This document shows, piece by piece, positions 61,964 through 64,000 of a DNA stretch of 64,000 nt. This stretch comes from Octopus sinensis (Eukaryota): assembly GCF_006345805.1 (NCBI RefSeq), contig NC_043002.1:111166001-111230000 (forward strand), written 5' to 3'. The stretch's first letter is position 1. Every line of letters starts with the position of its first letter. The translations under genes and the position numbers were made by a program. The notes beneath the pieces were generated by a model that was given only the letters and a program-made list of their open reading frames with translations, did no database searches and was not told the DNA's origin.

Positions 61964-62648
61964 GAGCCACTGCCATCCAGCATTTCATTATCTTATTCAC
62001 TGTAGAGAAATAAAATGACTGAATGGATAAGCATGGAACTGGTAAGTCGCAGATTGAGTTCAAATTTACTGCAGACTTTTCTAGATGCACACAATCACTT
62101 GGTAGTCCGTGATTGTAATGAATTGTTTTGTTGTTTGTTTTTTTTTAAGTTTTACCTCATAACTTATTTAAATATGCATTGTGTCTGTTCACTTAGTTGT
62201 GTGTGGGGGGGGAGAAGCAGATCATTTGCAATAGATTGCTGATCCATCCATCCATGACGAGAGCTCTCTCAATTACTTCCCACCAAGCAACCAGTCTTAG
62301 CAAACATTTAAGTATACTACTTTACCACTCCAATGATTTTAGGTCTGTTTCACCATGATGTTTTAATATTTGGGCAGCTATACAAAATTGTTTCCCTCTA
62401 ACTTTCTATTTTGAATTATTTTCTCTTTTTTAACTCATCATTATTGAAAAGCGTTGCAATTTGATGGATCATTTCCCAGATTGCAGATAATAAAGATACA
62501 GAGGTGTTTTTCCTCCAAGACAGTCTTCCATAGATTTATCTTGTTGGAGGATTCCAGTATGTCACTGCAATCTAATAAAGGACTTGTCTATTATTGTGTT
62601 GTTGTTTACAGTACTAGTCTATACCTCTGTATGATACTTATTTACATG

Positions 62649-63031
62649 GAGGCGCAATGGCCCAGTGGTTAGGGCAGCGGACTCGCGGTCATAGGATCGC
62701 GGTTTCGATTCCCAGACCGGGCGTTGTGAGTGTTTATTGAACGAAAACACCTAAAGCTTCACGAGGCTCCGGCAGGGGATGGTGGTGATCCCTGCTGTAC
62801 TCTTTCACCACAACTTTCTCTCACTCTTACTTCCTATTTCTGTTGTACCTGTATTTCAAGGGGCCGGCCTTATCACTCTCTGTGTCACGCTGAATATCCC
62901 CGAGAACTACGTTAAGGGTACACGTGTCTGTGGAGTGCTCAGCCACTTACACGTTAATTTCACGAGCAGGCTGTTCCGTTGATTCGGATCAACCGTAACC
63001 CTCGTCGTCGTAACCGACGGAGTGCTTCCCC
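62649..63031 (+). mobile_element. SINE OR-long
   Basis: TSD ACTTATTTACATG at 62636-62648/63032-63044. Confidence 0.92.
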
Positions 63032-64000
63032 ACTTATTTACATGTAAATGCCCTAAATCATTGAGAATTAAGTATTTTTGTTAGGTGCAGGCATGGATAA
63101 ACAGTTGCAAAGTTCACTTTGTAACCATGTGTTTTCATGTTATATATCTCTATATGGTTCTTGTCTCTTTCGGTAATTGTCTTGTATAGCTTTCAGGTTG
63201 ACCAATACCTTTTGAGTGAAATTGGTGGAAAGTAACCACAAGGAAGTTCATTTTATATAATCTCTCTCTCTCTCACAAACACACACACACACACACACAC
63301 ACCATTGCTGTTTTAATGTCTACTTTCCCATGCTTGCATGGGTCACACGTTTTTTTAAGAGGCAGCATTTTTACCATCTGGATGCCATTTCTGCTGTCCC
63401 TCTCCTGCTTCTAAGCGAATTAATCCTCCCCCAGTCTACTGAACCACAAACAGCCCAGACATGCTTGCAACCAACACAATTAGTATGAACGATGGCACTT
63501 TCGTCCACAATCAGCACAGTTTGTGTGCACATATATATGTAGTATGTGTGTCGTTATTATGCTTACTGTGTTGGCATGGGTTGTATGGTTTAACAGAATC
63601 CAATGTGTCTGATGACAGTATATCAGTTTTGGCATGACTTCTACAGCTGGATGTTCTTTTAAACATCAACCATTTTACAGAGTGTACTGGGTGTTTTTTG
63701 TCACCCTGTAATTCACAACCGCAAAGAAAAATAGGAGAAAGAAGGGTGTGTGTTTACCCCAGTATGTTTTTGCGCTCACACTGTTTGAGCCATGGTGACA
63801 TGTTTAAACCTCCTGTAAATATTCTGTAGCTTGATGGTTTTTATGTATGAAGACTAGTGGAATATAAAAAAAAAAAAACAACCTTACTTGGAAAGTAGGT
63901 ACTGGTTGGTGACACAAGGGAAATACTACCTTAATCTTGTCCAGCCTGTGCCAAAATGGTCAAAAACAGACAAGAATGGCTCACTGCACCAGAGACTTAT

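Overview
AT-rich, repeat-dense eukaryotic DNA. The SINE, RTE and Helitron repertoire suggests an octopus or other coleoid mollusc (inference). One host gene is supported: p190 RhoGAP (RhoGAPp190; ARHGAP35/ARHGAP5 family) on the + strand, as six GT-AG coding exons that splice in frame (28565-29237, 44144-44356, 46245-46538, 54246-54398, 57972-58080, 61090-61213). They encode the C-terminal half of the N-terminal GTPase domain, the FF repeats and the start of pseudoGTPase pG1. I did not find the start-codon exon, and the RhoGAP domain lies beyond the window. The rest is intronic or flanking DNA filled with TEs: four tRNA-headed SINE types (~27 copies), a 5'-truncated RTE LINE with a six-fold concatemerised 3' UTR plus ~11 short 3'-end copies, non-autonomous Helitrons, two TTAA piggyBac-type MITE families, and decayed piggyBac, mariner, RTE and CR1/L2 coding relics. 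The most unusual items are a 2.26-kb composite Helitron carrying a minimal Penelope-type hammerhead ribozyme motif (8324-8408, with a weaker second one at 8783-8827) and a 144-nt hairpin with three recurring tandem G.A/A.G mismatches and a GC-GAAA-GC cap (11303-11446). There are also several fold-back rearrangements. No bona fide tRNA, rRNA or CRISPR array is supported. All calls were made by eye, and repeat boundaries are approximate unless a TSD or terminus is given.
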